Of a DNA stretch of 64,000 nucleotides, positions 25,694 through 35,118 are shown piece after piece. Origin of the DNA: Acidobacteriota bacterium (GTDB taxonomy: Bacteria; Bacteroidota; Ignavibacteria; Ignavibacteriales; SURF-24); assembly GCA_050258415.1 (NCBI GenBank), contig JBLMYS010000147.1, positions 3,246-67,245 of the forward strand. Direction: 5' to 3'. The notes beneath the pieces are model-generated. The model did no database searches, was not told the DNA's origin, and worked only from the letters and a program-made list of their open reading frames with translations. Each line of letters starts with the position of its first letter. Position 1 is the first letter of the stretch. The translations under genes and the position numbers were made by a program.

Positions 25694-28600
25694 TTAGAAT
25701 ATTTCCAATGAGAATCTTAAACCCCAATAAATATTTCTGGGATTCAGGAAAGTAAAGTAATCCTGGTTCGGCATATCTATATAAGATTTATTCTTCTTCC
25801 ATTCAGCCTTCTGAGCATCAGTTGCTTTAACATCCCATGCATGGTATTCGCCAGTCCTGTAGTCACCAGGCTTGTCGTCGCCATATTCATAGATCTTGGG
25901 ATCATTGGTATTAGAATAAGGGGCTTTGATGTTGCCATCGTTATCCCTTGGGAAGTTTGCAAAAACGCTCTCTGGCAGGTGCAACGACTTCATGTAAGCT
26001 TCATAATCCTTTGTATCTGCAAAGCCTGCATTGCTGCCTAAGTAATCCATGTACTTAATATTGAGTACATTCTGCATATCAGCAAAGAGCTGAAGATTTA
26101 ATGGACCGAACTTTAGGTTCTTTGCTATCTTCAGGTCGAGGCCGTAGTAATCTTTCCACTGAATGTTGTTCTGAACACCCGGTATTGAACCGCCGCCTGT
26201 CCAGGTATCGTAACCGCCTGAACTCCAGCTGGCCAGAACGCTTAAACGCCAGTCTTCAAGAGGATAAAATCCGCCGAGCTTGGGACCGAATTCCATTGGT
26301 GTAAAGAAGTCCACATTGGCTCTTGCATAGGGCTGCGGAACCGGCTTTGTAACGAGATTATAGTTGTTAAGTGTCTCGATTTCATAAGTTCTCTGTACCT
26401 GTGAGTTTTCATTGTAAGCAGCAAAACCGAACCTGCCGCTTGTTGAAACCATATAGGTATAGTTAACAAAGCCCTGTACCCAGTTGCCGCGGTTCTTTGT
26501 AATCGTGGCTTCGAAGCCTCTGATGTCGGCATAAGAATTAGGCTTCGGAGTTGAGTAGTTTGTAGCACCGCTGCGGCTTGTATAAGTTACTGATAAAGGC
26601 TGCTGTGAAACGTCCTTATAATATCCTGAGAGGCGAACCAGGTACTCTTCGAAGAGACTCTGTTCGTAACCCAGCTCGTACATGATTGTTCTGGGCAACG
26701 GATTGTTCGGATTTGCAACATAGACAACTGCGTTATTGTCAGTAAATCTTCTGAGCAGATACAGGTTTGTAGGAGTAGGCAGCTGTCTGAAGTGACCATA
26801 GTTAAAGAACAGCTTGCTCGATTCGCTTAACGGGAATGCAATTGCAACACGCGGGCTTACTGTTACGTTAGCCTTTGTAGGCTGCTTCTGAAGCAGGGTG
26901 TCAATTCCCAGCGACTTGGCAGAGGAGAATGCGTCTGAATAAGGGTTATTTATCACATACCAGTCTTCATTGGCGGCCGAGTAATCCACTCTTAAACCAA
27001 CGTCGGCTATCATGCCTTCAAATTCAAGTTTGTCTTTAACATAAACCGCACCACGTGTAGGATAAGCATTCCACGTAGTTCTGTACCTTCCCGAAGGCAG
27101 ATACTTGTCGTAAGAGCCGTAATTGGCAAGGTTTTCACTATAGCCGAATTCAAAACCGGCCTTCAGGTTGTTATATTTGTTCAACTGTGAAGTAAGGTCA
27201 AATTTCAGGTTGTATGCTGTAACCTTGCTGGTGTCTCTGGAGTTACTGAAACCAACACTCATTCTGAAGTCTTCAATACCTGTGCTGGGTGATTCCAGGA
27301 AGCCGAACGGAGCTTCATCAACATATAAGTTTCCAAACTTATATACTCTGCTCGTATCTCTGTACCTTCCGGGGCTTGTGTCATATCTTGACTGGAAGCG
27401 GCTTACTGTAACTTCGTAAAATGTATTCGGATTCAGAACGTGAGTCAGTTTTGCACCGATATTATTTACGTTAACAGTTGATGGTGTAAAATAATCATTT
27501 GTAAAAATTCTGTTTTCGATTGTCTTGGCATTTGAGAAAAAGCTTAACTGAGCAGCAATGCTTGCCGGAGAACGGAACATTCCTATATCGCCTACGCCAT
27601 TGCTTGATGTTCCCTGCTGCTGGCCAACGAGTCCTTCGAGGTTAAGTTTCATACCCTGAGCCAGATCGGCAGTCAGTTTTACCTGGAAGTTATTATCCGT
27701 GTATGCATCGCGTGAAAGTGGCACAATGTACATTTCACGTGTTCCTCTGTATGCAGCCAGAAATCTCAGGTTTCCTAAATGCTGGCTGATTCCCGGGAAG
27801 TAGCCCGTAACGGAAAGATCCACGTCATAGTCAGGCTTATTGATATCAGTGTTTCTTCTGTGCTGGAAGAGGTATAATTTCTGCAGTTCCTGCGGAGTAA
27901 GAGCTGTTGAAGGATTATCCCTGAACATCTGCTCCGATAATTGGTTCCAACCTCCGAATTCAGGATACTGTGCCTGTGTGTAGTCGTCCCATGCGCCGTT
28001 TTTTGTACCGGTCCATGCAACTGCATCATCAACAAAAGGTCTGATCCAGAATGCATTTGCATCCTGAGGTGAATTTCCGAAGTGCTTCGGGCCTGTCGGC
28101 CTGTAGCGGCTATAGAAGGAAACGCCGAAACGGTCGGTCTTACCTTCTTTTGTTACAACGTTAACAAGGCCTGAACGGATGTTTCCGTATTCAGCACTGA
28201 AACCACCTGTCTGAACCTGAACTTCCTCAATAGCGGTTGTGCTTAAGCCTGTATAAGGCTGGTTTGAACGTTCATCTCTCAGGCTGACACCGTTTAGGAG
28301 CCAGGTTGTCTGATCGGCTGAACCTCCGCGGAAACTGCCGCCCTGAACGCCTGCCTGTAAACCGATAATATTTGATACCTGGGCTACAGGAAGGTTTTCC
28401 ATCTCTTTGCCGCTTAAGTTAAGCCTGCTGGCGGCAACGTCTTTTTGAACAACTGGGGTCTGAGCAACAACTACAACTTCAGCTGTCTGAAGTGAAGTTT
28501 CAACAAGTGCAATGTCAGCATCTGTTGTTTGATCGATGTTTACTCTAACATCCGTAACGGTAGTAGTATTATAACCTATAAGGCTGGCCTTAAGGTTATA

Positions 28601-28813
28601 CTTTCCCGGGGGAACGTTTAAAATTACATAGTAGCCTTCAGCATTAGAAGCGGCTCCCATTTTTGTTCCTTCCAAGACTACGTTTGCACCTATAAGAAGT
28701 TCGCCAGTTCTGGAATCTTTAACCACACCGGCAATTTTTCCTCCTGTCTGTGCAAATAATGAAATGTCTGTTAGAAGTAAAAAAAGCAGAATTATTGGTA
28801 ACACTAATCTCAT
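25694..28813 (-). CDS. TonB-dependent outer membrane receptor with N-terminal carboxypeptidase-regulatory-like domain (SusC-sized, no SusD partner)
   Basis: 1039 aa. GKIAGVVKDSRTGELLIGANVVLEGT..GYYVILNVPPGKYNLKASLIGY is a CarboxypepD_reg-like domain. Plug region (..NIIGLQAGV..LLNGVSLRDE..VQVQTGGFSAEYGN..). C-terminal aromatic YWGLRFSLEIF. Confidence 0.85.
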   Translation of the reverse strand: MRLVLPIILLFLLLTDISLFAQTGGKIAGVVKDSRTGELLIGANVVLEGTKMGAASNAEGYYVILNVPPGKYNLKASLIGYNTTTVTDVRVNIDQTTDADIALVETSLQTAEVVVVAQTPVVQKDVAASRLNLSGKEMENLPVAQVSNIIGLQAGVQGGSFRGGSADQTTWLLNGVSLRDERSNQPYTGLSTTAIEEVQVQTGGFSAEYGNIRSGLVNVVTKEGKTDRFGVSFYSRYRPTGPKHFGNSPQDANAFWIRPFVDDAVAWTGTKNGAWDDYTQAQYPEFGGWNQLSEQMFRDNPSTALTPQELQKLYLFQHRRNTDINKPDYDVDLSVTGYFPGISQHLGNLRFLAAYRGTREMYIVPLSRDAYTDNNFQVKLTADLAQGMKLNLEGLVGQQQGTSSNGVGDIGMFRSPASIAAQLSFFSNAKTIENRIFTNDYFTPSTVNVNNIGAKLTHVLNPNTFYEVTVSRFQSRYDTSPGRYRDTSRVYKFGNLYVDEAPFGFLESPSTGIEDFRMSVGFSNSRDTSKVTAYNLKFDLTSQLNKYNNLKAGFEFGYSENLANYGSYDKYLPSGRYRTTWNAYPTRGAVYVKDKLEFEGMIADVGLRVDYSAANEDWYVINNPYSDAFSSAKSLGIDTLLQKQPTKANVTVSPRVAIAFPLSESSKLFFNYGHFRQLPTPTNLYLLRRFTDNNAVVYVANPNNPLPRTIMYELGYEQSLFEEYLVRLSGYYKDVSQQPLSVTYTSRSGATNYSTPKPNSYADIRGFEATITKNRGNWVQGFVNYTYMVSTSGRFGFAAYNENSQVQRTYEIETLNNYNLVTKPVPQPYARANVDFFTPMEFGPKLGGFYPLEDWRLSVLASWSSGGYDTWTGGGSIPGVQNNIQWKDYYGLDLKIAKNLKFGPLNLQLFADMQNVLNIKYMDYLGSNAGFADTKDYEAYMKSLHLPESVFANFPRDNDGNIKAPYSNTNDPKIYEYGDDKPGDYRTGEYHAWDVKATDAQKAEWKKNKSYIDMPNQDYFTFLNPRNIYWGLRFSLEIF

Positions 28814-28891
28814 TTTACTTTCTCCTTTCCGGCAAGGTGAGTACGGCCGGAAAAAATAGATATTTTGAATTAATAAAGTCGGACAACATTT

Positions 28892-28899
28892 TAAGTTTG
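28892..28899 (+). promoter_or_regulatory. -7 box candidate TAAGTTTG followed by CTT (shares GTTTGCTT with the paralog boxes)
   Basis: TAnnTTTG match in the divergent region between 28813 (-) and 29157 (+). TTTG at 28864-28867 upstream. Confidence 0.3.
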
Positions 28900-28920
28900 C
28901 TTGAAAAGCTATTAAAAATT

Positions 28921-28941
28921 ATTTCATTTGTCAAATGAAAT
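28921..28941. promoter_or_regulatory. Perfect 10-1-10 palindrome ATTTCATTTG-T-CAAATGAAAT, candidate operator
   Basis: Read directly. Located 108-128 nt upstream of the TonB-dependent receptor ATG (28813) in the divergent intergenic region. Confidence 0.45.
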
Positions 28942-29156
28942 CATTAAAAGCACTGCGCAAGGACTTATTTTTTTTTGTGCAAACGGAAATGTTTCCCAGA
29001 TAACACATCTGATTATCGGCAGAAATTTCCTTCTATTTACCTCATTTTTCTTTGAAATTTACCTCCCGGCTGATTATTATCTCTTATATGCCCTTTTAAT
29101 CCCTGTTTTTAAATGGGGGAAAATTTTTGCACTGACAACATCAAGGAGTTTATAAA

Positions 29157-30005
29157 ATGAAAAGTCAATTTCCTTTAATCATGTTTCTTTGGGCTTTGCT
29201 TTCCTTTGCAATTTGTGCCCAGGAGGAAAAAATTGAGTGGAAAAGAGCCCCGGCAACCGAAATACCCGAACTTCACCTCTTCCAGTCCACACAGGTATTC
29301 AGCCTTCCGACTGCTGAAACGCTTCAGAAGGGAAATCTCCAGTTCGAAATATCTCACCGCTTCTTCCCGACTGTAAATACCGGTATAAGAAACTTTTTCG
29401 GACTCGACGGGCCTGTATTTATGCGCCTCGCCCTGGGCTACGCATTGACCAATAAACTCTCAGTCACCTTGGGCAGAAGCAACCTGAACGGGAATGTGGA
29501 CCTCAGGCTCAAATACAGAATACTCCAGATCCCGGACGGCTTTATGCCTATAGTCGCTGCCCTCAGACTCGGAGGAGCCTGGAATACCGAAACCGGCAGA
29601 AGCTCCACAGACACGAGAAACTACCAATATTACGGACAACTTATCCTGAATGCCATGTACGGCAACGTACTGGGACTTGGACTGGTACCTTCCTATCTAT
29701 ATAATAGCAACATTTTTACGCGCGAGGTGGAGCATACTTTTACTCTCGGAACCTACCTTGAAGGATACCTTACACACAGACTCGGCCTTATTTTTGAATG
29801 GAGCCCTGTCCTTTCGGGCTACAGACTGAACGCCAACCCGATGGCCTTCGGCATTGAAATTAACACGGGAGGTCACTTCTTTAAGATCCTCCTTACAAAC
29901 AGCACATACCTGAACCCTTCACAGTACCTTGCTGGAACGGATGACCCGGCCAGTGGCAAGAACTGGAGGCTCGGCTTTAATATCACGCGCCTGTTCGGAT
30001 TCTAA
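29157..30005 (+). CDS. Outer membrane beta-barrel protein of unknown function
   Basis: 282 aa with a signal peptide. Alternating-strand pattern. C-terminal NITRLFGF is an OMP beta-signal. AGGAG SD upstream. Followed by a strong terminator. Confidence 0.6.
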   Translation: MKSQFPLIMFLWALLSFAICAQEEKIEWKRAPATEIPELHLFQSTQVFSLPTAETLQKGNLQFEISHRFFPTVNTGIRNFFGLDGPVFMRLALGYALTNKLSVTLGRSNLNGNVDLRLKYRILQIPDGFMPIVAALRLGGAWNTETGRSSTDTRNYQYYGQLILNAMYGNVLGLGLVPSYLYNSNIFTREVEHTFTLGTYLEGYLTHRLGLIFEWSPVLSGYRLNANPMAFGIEINTGGHFFKILLTNSTYLNPSQYLAGTDDPASGKNWRLGFNITRLFGF

Positions 30006-30034
30006 AGAAAATCACCATCTTTTCGGCCATTTCC

Positions 30035-30076
30035 GGCAAATGCCCGCATAAACATGCAGGCATTTGCCATTTTTTA
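30035..30076 (+). terminator. Intrinsic terminator of 29157-30005
   Basis: Perfect 10-bp stem ggcaaatgcc/ggcatttgcc (30035-44 / 30059-68) followed by ATTTTTTAT. Confidence 0.85.
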
Positions 30077-30273
30077 TCCCGGAATCAATAAAAAACTGCA
30101 TTTTCATGTTATTGTTAATCTTTTTTTTTAGTGGTATTTAGTATTTAGAAAAAACTCTGGCAGCAATTCATTAGAGGCATCCGGTTATTTTAGCTTTCCC
30201 TTATAATGAGCCGGCTGAAAACGTGTGTAACAGGACCTTTAACTTTAGAATACTTTACAACAGGAGAACTATC

Positions 30274-30540
30274 ATGGATGCAGCAAATCAGAAGTTGACC
30301 AACCCTTTGGCTGACCTTATAAGCGACGAGGTTTATTCGCTCTTAAGCAGCCATTATCTGATCGATGAGGTGTCGGTGAGGGATTACCTGATCAGAAAAA
30401 AATTCAGGCAGATGAAAGAAAATAACATCAGAACCAATGACGCCGTCGAAACCCTGATGGATGAATTCCCGCATCTGCAGTTCGATACAATTAAAAAGAT
30501 CATTTATCATCCGCAGAGAAACAGAAAACCGCTTTTTTAA
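30274..30540 (+). CDS. Small hypothetical protein, possibly HTH-like
   Basis: The track ORF starts at GTG 30223. ATG 30274 (MDAANQKL..) is preceded by AGGAG and is preferred. ..DYLIRKKFRQMKENNIRTNDAVETLMDEFPHLQFDTIKKIIY.. resembles small Mor/sigma-region-4-like HTH proteins (weak). Confidence 0.4.
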   Translation: MDAANQKLTNPLADLISDEVYSLLSSHYLIDEVSVRDYLIRKKFRQMKENNIRTNDAVETLMDEFPHLQFDTIKKIIYHPQRNRKPLF

Positions 30541-30775
30541 GCCTCAAAGGCGGAAAAAGTTCATGAAAAACTGTGGAATCTATCGATATAAATCCCGTAA
30601 TGCATACCTTTACAACAAGGACGGCAGATAAAAGCAAAAGGCAAATGACAGTTTTGGAAATCAATAAAGACGCGGCATACTTTTTTGGCAAATATGTTTC
30701 TTTTATTTTTTTATAATTAAATTCATATTGCAGTTAATTTATTCTTTATATTCTTTAATTTTTGGCAAGAGTTTT

Positions 30776-33700
30776 ATGCGCCCGGAAATCCAAAACGTTA
30801 AAAAAATTCTCTTTTCAAATGTTGTTTGTCTTTTACTTTTGCTGCTATCCTGCGGCAGCCCCCTGCTCTACGCCCAGAATAATCTTACGACTTTTGAACA
30901 CATTTCAATTGAACAGGGACTTTCACAAAGCTCTATTAATTCAATTATTCAGGACTATAAGGGCTTTATGTGGATAGCTACGGCTGACGGACTGGACCGT
31001 TACGACGGCTATTCTTTTAAAATCTTCAGAAATATTCCACAGCAAACAGGATCCCTTTCCGATAACAGCGTTTCCGCGGTCTATGAGGATCATTCCGGCA
31101 ATCTCTGGGCTGGCACACTCCTCGGTAACCTGAATAAATACGACAGAAAAAAAGAACGCTTTACAAAATACAGCTTCGGAAGCGACTCCGGCTACTCAAG
31201 CCCTATTTTAACAGCTATCCCCGAATACCCCCTTACTTTCTCAAGATTTAACGACAGAACTATTACTTCTATCTCCGGCGATAAGAAAGGAAGGCTCTGG
31301 ATCGGTACATGGGGACAGGGAATCTTCAGCTTTGAGCCACAGACCGGAAAAATATTCCACTTTACACATGACCCTAAGGACCCGAACTCCATCAGCAGCA
31401 ACAGAATAGTTACTTTAATGGAGGATAAATCGGGCACACTCTGGGCCGGTACTTTCGGGGGTGGACTAGACAGAATTGAAAGAAAAATAAACGGCAGCAC
31501 GCCTGAAATAAAACTTTATGTCACCCGTTTCCAGAATATCCCCATGCTCCCGGGCAGCCTGAGCGATAACCGCGTGACTTCACTCTTCCAGGACCGCGAC
31601 GGAAGCCTGTGGATAGGAACTTTCGGAGGAGGACTCTGCAAAATGCCTTTTAACCTCCTTAAGGCAGAGGACCCCTCAAAAGTAAACTTCCTCCTCTTTA
31701 AGAATACCCCCGGTAACAGATCCTCTCTCAGCAGTAACTGGATCATGAAAGTAATCCAGGACCGCCTGGGATCTTTATGGATTGCCACCTTCGGCGGCGG
31801 CCTCAACAGGCTCGACTCCGGTACAGACAAATTCGCCGTCTTTAAGAACGACCCTTTGAACCCCGGCAGCCTCTCGGATAATGACGTCATCTCTCTTTGC
31901 GAGGACCAGTCGGGCATTATCTGGATCGGCACCCACCTTGGAAAAGGAATTAACAGGTACGACCGCAGCAGAAACAAGTTTACCCACTACAAACATATCC
32001 CGGGTGACCCTGCAAGCTTAAGCGATAATGTCGTCTGGACATTTTCTGAGGATAAGGAAGGAAAAATATGGATCGGAACTTACAGGGGGGGACTTAATGA
32101 ATTCGACCGCCAGAGCCATAAATTTAAGAGCTTCAAAAATAACCCCTCCAACCCTAACTCCATTAGCAGCAATCATATTAGAGCCGTTTATACGGATAAG
32201 AATGATAACCTATGGATAGGGACTTATAACGCCGGACTCAACTTTTTCGACCGGAAAACCGGAAAGTTTACCACCTATAAGCATAAGGCGAATGATTCTT
32301 CGAGCTTAAGTGAAAACCAGGTCATCTCCATTCTGGAAGACAGATCCGGCAACCTCTGGGCCGGCACATTCGGTGGAGGCCTGGACAGGGTTATAAAAAA
32401 TAAAGGACAGCTTTCTTTTGTTCATTACAAAAGTAACCCCTCTGACCCGAAAAGCCTTTCTGATAACAGAGTATATAAGATCTATGAGGATAAAGACGGC
32501 ACACTCTGGATCGGCACTTTCGGTGGAGGCTTAAGTAAATTTGACCCCGCAACCGGGACCTTTATCAATTACAAACACGACCCGTCTAACCCGAACAGCC
32601 TCAGCGATAACAGGGTCATATCAATTTATGAGGATTTCCAGGGTAACCTCTGGCTCGGTACATACGGAGGAGGACTTAACCGCTTCGACCCCCATACAGG
32701 AAAATTCTATAAATATATGCAGGACGGATCCTTAAGCGGCGTGGTCTACGGTATTCTTGAGGATAACGACCATAACCTCTGGATCAGCTCCGATAACGGA
32801 CTTGCAAGATTTACCCCCTCTACTTCGGCTTTCATTAATTACGACCTCCACGATGGTCTCCAGAGCATGGAGTTCAGCGGAGGCGCTTACTATAAATCGC
32901 ACACGGGCGAAATGTTCTTCGGCGGCATTAACGGATTTAATTCATTCTACCCCGACAGCATTAAAGTTAATACCCATATACCCCCTGTTGTAATAAGCGC
33001 TTTCAGAATTTTTAATAAGGTGGTCGATGGTGAGAACAACGAGATAATTTTAACAAATAAGGAAAACTTTTTCTCCTTTGAATTCGCCGCGCTCGATTAT
33101 ACAAACCCCGAGCAGAACCGATATGCCTATAAACTTGAGGGCTTCGACGACGACTGGCATTATGTTGATGCTTCAAGAAGACTTGCCAACTATACAAACC
33201 TCGATCCCGGGAACTACGTCTTCCATGTAAAAGGCTCTAATAACGACGGCGTGTGGAATGAAAAAGGCGCGGAAGTTAAAATTACAATCCTCCCTCCTTT
33301 CTACCGCACCTGGTGGTTCATTTTCCTTGCCGTAGTCATCATCGGAGGCACACTTACTTATTTTATTGCCAGCAGAATCAGCAACCTCCTGGCAATAGAA
33401 AGACTTAAGACAAAACTTGCGGCCGACCTGCACGACAATATCGGATCGGGACTTACGGAAATTTCCATACAAAGCCAGGTCCTTGCTGCCCAGCTTAATA
33501 AAAATAACAACGATGAATTAAAACAGAAACTTCTTAATATAAGCGATACTTCCGGCCAGCTCATAGACAATATGAGCGATATTGTCTGGGTGGTAAACCC
33601 GAAACGCGACACTCTCTACGACCTCATTCTGAGGCTTAAAGATTCATATTCGGAAATATTTTCTTCACTTGGAGTCTCCTTTAAGATTCATAACCTTGAG

Positions 33701-34042
33701 GCTCTCAGCGATGTAAAACTTCCGATGGAGTACAGGCAGAACTTATTTCTTATCTTTAAAGAAGCAATAAATAACAGCCTTAAACACAGCTGCTGTAAAA
33801 AAATTGAATTAAACACTTCCATTGAAGGCAGAAGGCTTGAGATGGAATTAGTCGATGACGGAAAGGGTTTTAATATAAAACAAAGCACTCCGGGTAACGG
33901 CCTTAACAACATACGCCGCAGGGCAAAAACCATCTCGGGCAGCCTTGTTGTAGCGTCCGCACCGGGCGAAGGAACGAGGATAAAATTTTCCGGTAAAATA
34001 CCCCGTTCCAAAACAATTTTTTTGAAACATAAAGAACAGTAA
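30776..34042 (+). CDS. Sensor histidine kinase with periplasmic Reg_prop beta-propeller repeats, Y_Y_Y domain, TM helix, HisKA_3 and HATPase_c domains
   Basis: ATG 30776 is preferred over TTG 30728. Repeats of SDNxVxxxxEDxxGxLWIGTxGGGL. NRYAYKLEGFDDDWHYV (Y_Y_Y). TM WWFIFLAVVIIGGTLTYFIA. LAADLHDNIGSGLTEI (HisKA_3). GNGLNNIRRRA..GEGTRIKF (ATPase). Confidence 0.85.
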   Translation: MRPEIQNVKKILFSNVVCLLLLLLSCGSPLLYAQNNLTTFEHISIEQGLSQSSINSIIQDYKGFMWIATADGLDRYDGYSFKIFRNIPQQTGSLSDNSVSAVYEDHSGNLWAGTLLGNLNKYDRKKERFTKYSFGSDSGYSSPILTAIPEYPLTFSRFNDRTITSISGDKKGRLWIGTWGQGIFSFEPQTGKIFHFTHDPKDPNSISSNRIVTLMEDKSGTLWAGTFGGGLDRIERKINGSTPEIKLYVTRFQNIPMLPGSLSDNRVTSLFQDRDGSLWIGTFGGGLCKMPFNLLKAEDPSKVNFLLFKNTPGNRSSLSSNWIMKVIQDRLGSLWIATFGGGLNRLDSGTDKFAVFKNDPLNPGSLSDNDVISLCEDQSGIIWIGTHLGKGINRYDRSRNKFTHYKHIPGDPASLSDNVVWTFSEDKEGKIWIGTYRGGLNEFDRQSHKFKSFKNNPSNPNSISSNHIRAVYTDKNDNLWIGTYNAGLNFFDRKTGKFTTYKHKANDSSSLSENQVISILEDRSGNLWAGTFGGGLDRVIKNKGQLSFVHYKSNPSDPKSLSDNRVYKIYEDKDGTLWIGTFGGGLSKFDPATGTFINYKHDPSNPNSLSDNRVISIYEDFQGNLWLGTYGGGLNRFDPHTGKFYKYMQDGSLSGVVYGILEDNDHNLWISSDNGLARFTPSTSAFINYDLHDGLQSMEFSGGAYYKSHTGEMFFGGINGFNSFYPDSIKVNTHIPPVVISAFRIFNKVVDGENNEIILTNKENFFSFEFAALDYTNPEQNRYAYKLEGFDDDWHYVDASRRLANYTNLDPGNYVFHVKGSNNDGVWNEKGAEVKITILPPFYRTWWFIFLAVVIIGGTLTYFIASRISNLLAIERLKTKLAADLHDNIGSGLTEISIQSQVLAAQLNKNNNDELKQKLLNISDTSGQLIDNMSDIVWVVNPKRDTLYDLILRLKDSYSEIFSSLGVSFKIHNLEALSDVKLPMEYRQNLFLIFKEAINNSLKHSCCKKIELNTSIEGRRLEMELVDDGKGFNIKQSTPGNGLNNIRRRAKTISGSLVVASAPGEGTRIKFSGKIPRSKTIFLKHKEQ

Positions 34043-34129
34043 AGCGTCTTAACATTAAAGATCCTTTACATATTATAACCGGGCCAATAATGAGGAGATT
34101 TTAACAATTTAATCGATACGGGTAATTTT

Positions 34130-34768
34130 ATGATATCAGTAATTATAGTTGAAGACAACAAGACGATACGCGAAGGACTCTCGGCTCTGATTAACGGCAC
34201 CGAAGGTTTCTCATGCATCGCCAGCTACGGCGACTGCGAAAGTTTTCTAAAAAACCTCGAATGCTCGAGCGTCGACGTAGTGCTTATGGATATCGGGCTT
34301 CCGGGCATGTCGGGAATTGAAGGCGTTATTAAAGCAAAAAAAATATGCCCCGACCTGAATATTCTTATATTAACGGTTTACGAGGAAAGCCAGGTGATAT
34401 TTGAAGCCCTCTGTGCGGGTGCCTGCGGCTACCTGGTCAAAAGGACGCCTCCTTTAAGGCTCCTTGAGGCGATAAAAGATGCATACGAAGGGGGATCTCC
34501 CATGAGCTCGCACATCGCACGCAAAGTTGTAACAGTGTTCCAGCAGCACACAAATCCCCTTTTTCCCGACTCCCAGTTCGACCTGACGCAAAGGGAAAAG
34601 GAGGTCTTAACGGGACTTGCCGAAGGGAGCAGTTACCTTGACATTGCGCAGTCGCTTTTTATAAGCCTTGATACAGTGCGTCATCACATAAGAAACATAT
34701 ATAGAAAGCTTCACGTCCACTCCCAGTCAGAAGCCGTAGCCAAAGCATTAAGAAAGGGACTCATATAG
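34130..34768 (+). CDS. NarL/FixJ-family response regulator (REC + LuxR-type HTH)
   Basis: 212 aa. VIIVEDNKTIREGL .. VDVVLMDIGLPGMSG. LTQREKEVLTGLAEGSSYLDIAQSLFISLDTVRHHIRNIYRKL. Confidence 0.9.
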   Translation: MISVIIVEDNKTIREGLSALINGTEGFSCIASYGDCESFLKNLECSSVDVVLMDIGLPGMSGIEGVIKAKKICPDLNILILTVYEESQVIFEALCAGACGYLVKRTPPLRLLEAIKDAYEGGSPMSSHIARKVVTVFQQHTNPLFPDSQFDLTQREKEVLTGLAEGSSYLDIAQSLFISLDTVRHHIRNIYRKLHVHSQSEAVAKALRKGLI

Positions 34769-34930
34769 AGCCAAATTTTACGATTTCACAAAACCAGCCA
34801 GAGATTTATTTCCTGGCTGGTCCCAAAGGTATAAAAACCGCTTTTTAGCAATCATTCTCCGCCAGAGAATCCAGGACAGGCTTCATATTGACTTTTCCAA
34901 ATTGCCCTCTCTTTTTCATATTGCCCTCAC

Positions 34931-34972
34931 TTTTTAATTTTTAATTTTTAATTTTTAATTTTTAATTTTTAA
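34931..34972 (+). repeat. (TTTTTAA)x6 perfect heptamer tandem repeat
   Basis: 42 nt counted directly. Preceded by two tandem 18-19-nt imperfect repeats, attgccctctctttttcat (34901-34919) and attgccctcacttttta (34920-34937). Lies about 150 nt upstream of the efflux adaptor ATG 35119. Confidence 0.9.
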
Positions 34973-35118
34973 TTGAATTTCCTCTTCATTTCATCCCCCG
35001 AATTCTGCGCTTCAGGCCGCTATTCCGGCACCTCGGTCCAATTGCTCTTTTTCTGCTTTTGCCTAAATCTTAACTTTACCTGACAGTTTATTCCAGCATA
35101 CTAAATTTGGAGCGCTAT

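Noticed and set aside
29035-29067. ATTTACCTC repeated twice upstream of the OMP gene. The 11-mer ATTTACCTCCC is also found in block A, suggesting an anti-SD (CCUCC) leader element.
   Set aside because: Its position relative to the putative -7 box differs between the two loci, and the sequence is not conserved in block B. The evidence is insufficient for a shared function.
28750-29155. Plus-strand ORFs 28750-28938 and 28928-29155 in the divergent control region.
   Set aside because: The sequence is AT-rich and low-complexity, and the ORFs overlap the receptor start and the palindrome. There is no SD and nothing family-like.
35102-35109. TAAATTTG (TAnnTTTG match) only 10 nt before the adaptor ATG 35119.
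   Set aside because: Using it as a -7 box would force a leaderless mRNA or a start at Met 35155, which would truncate the membrane anchor. I treated it as coincidental here. The analogous case at 40818 is kept as an open question.
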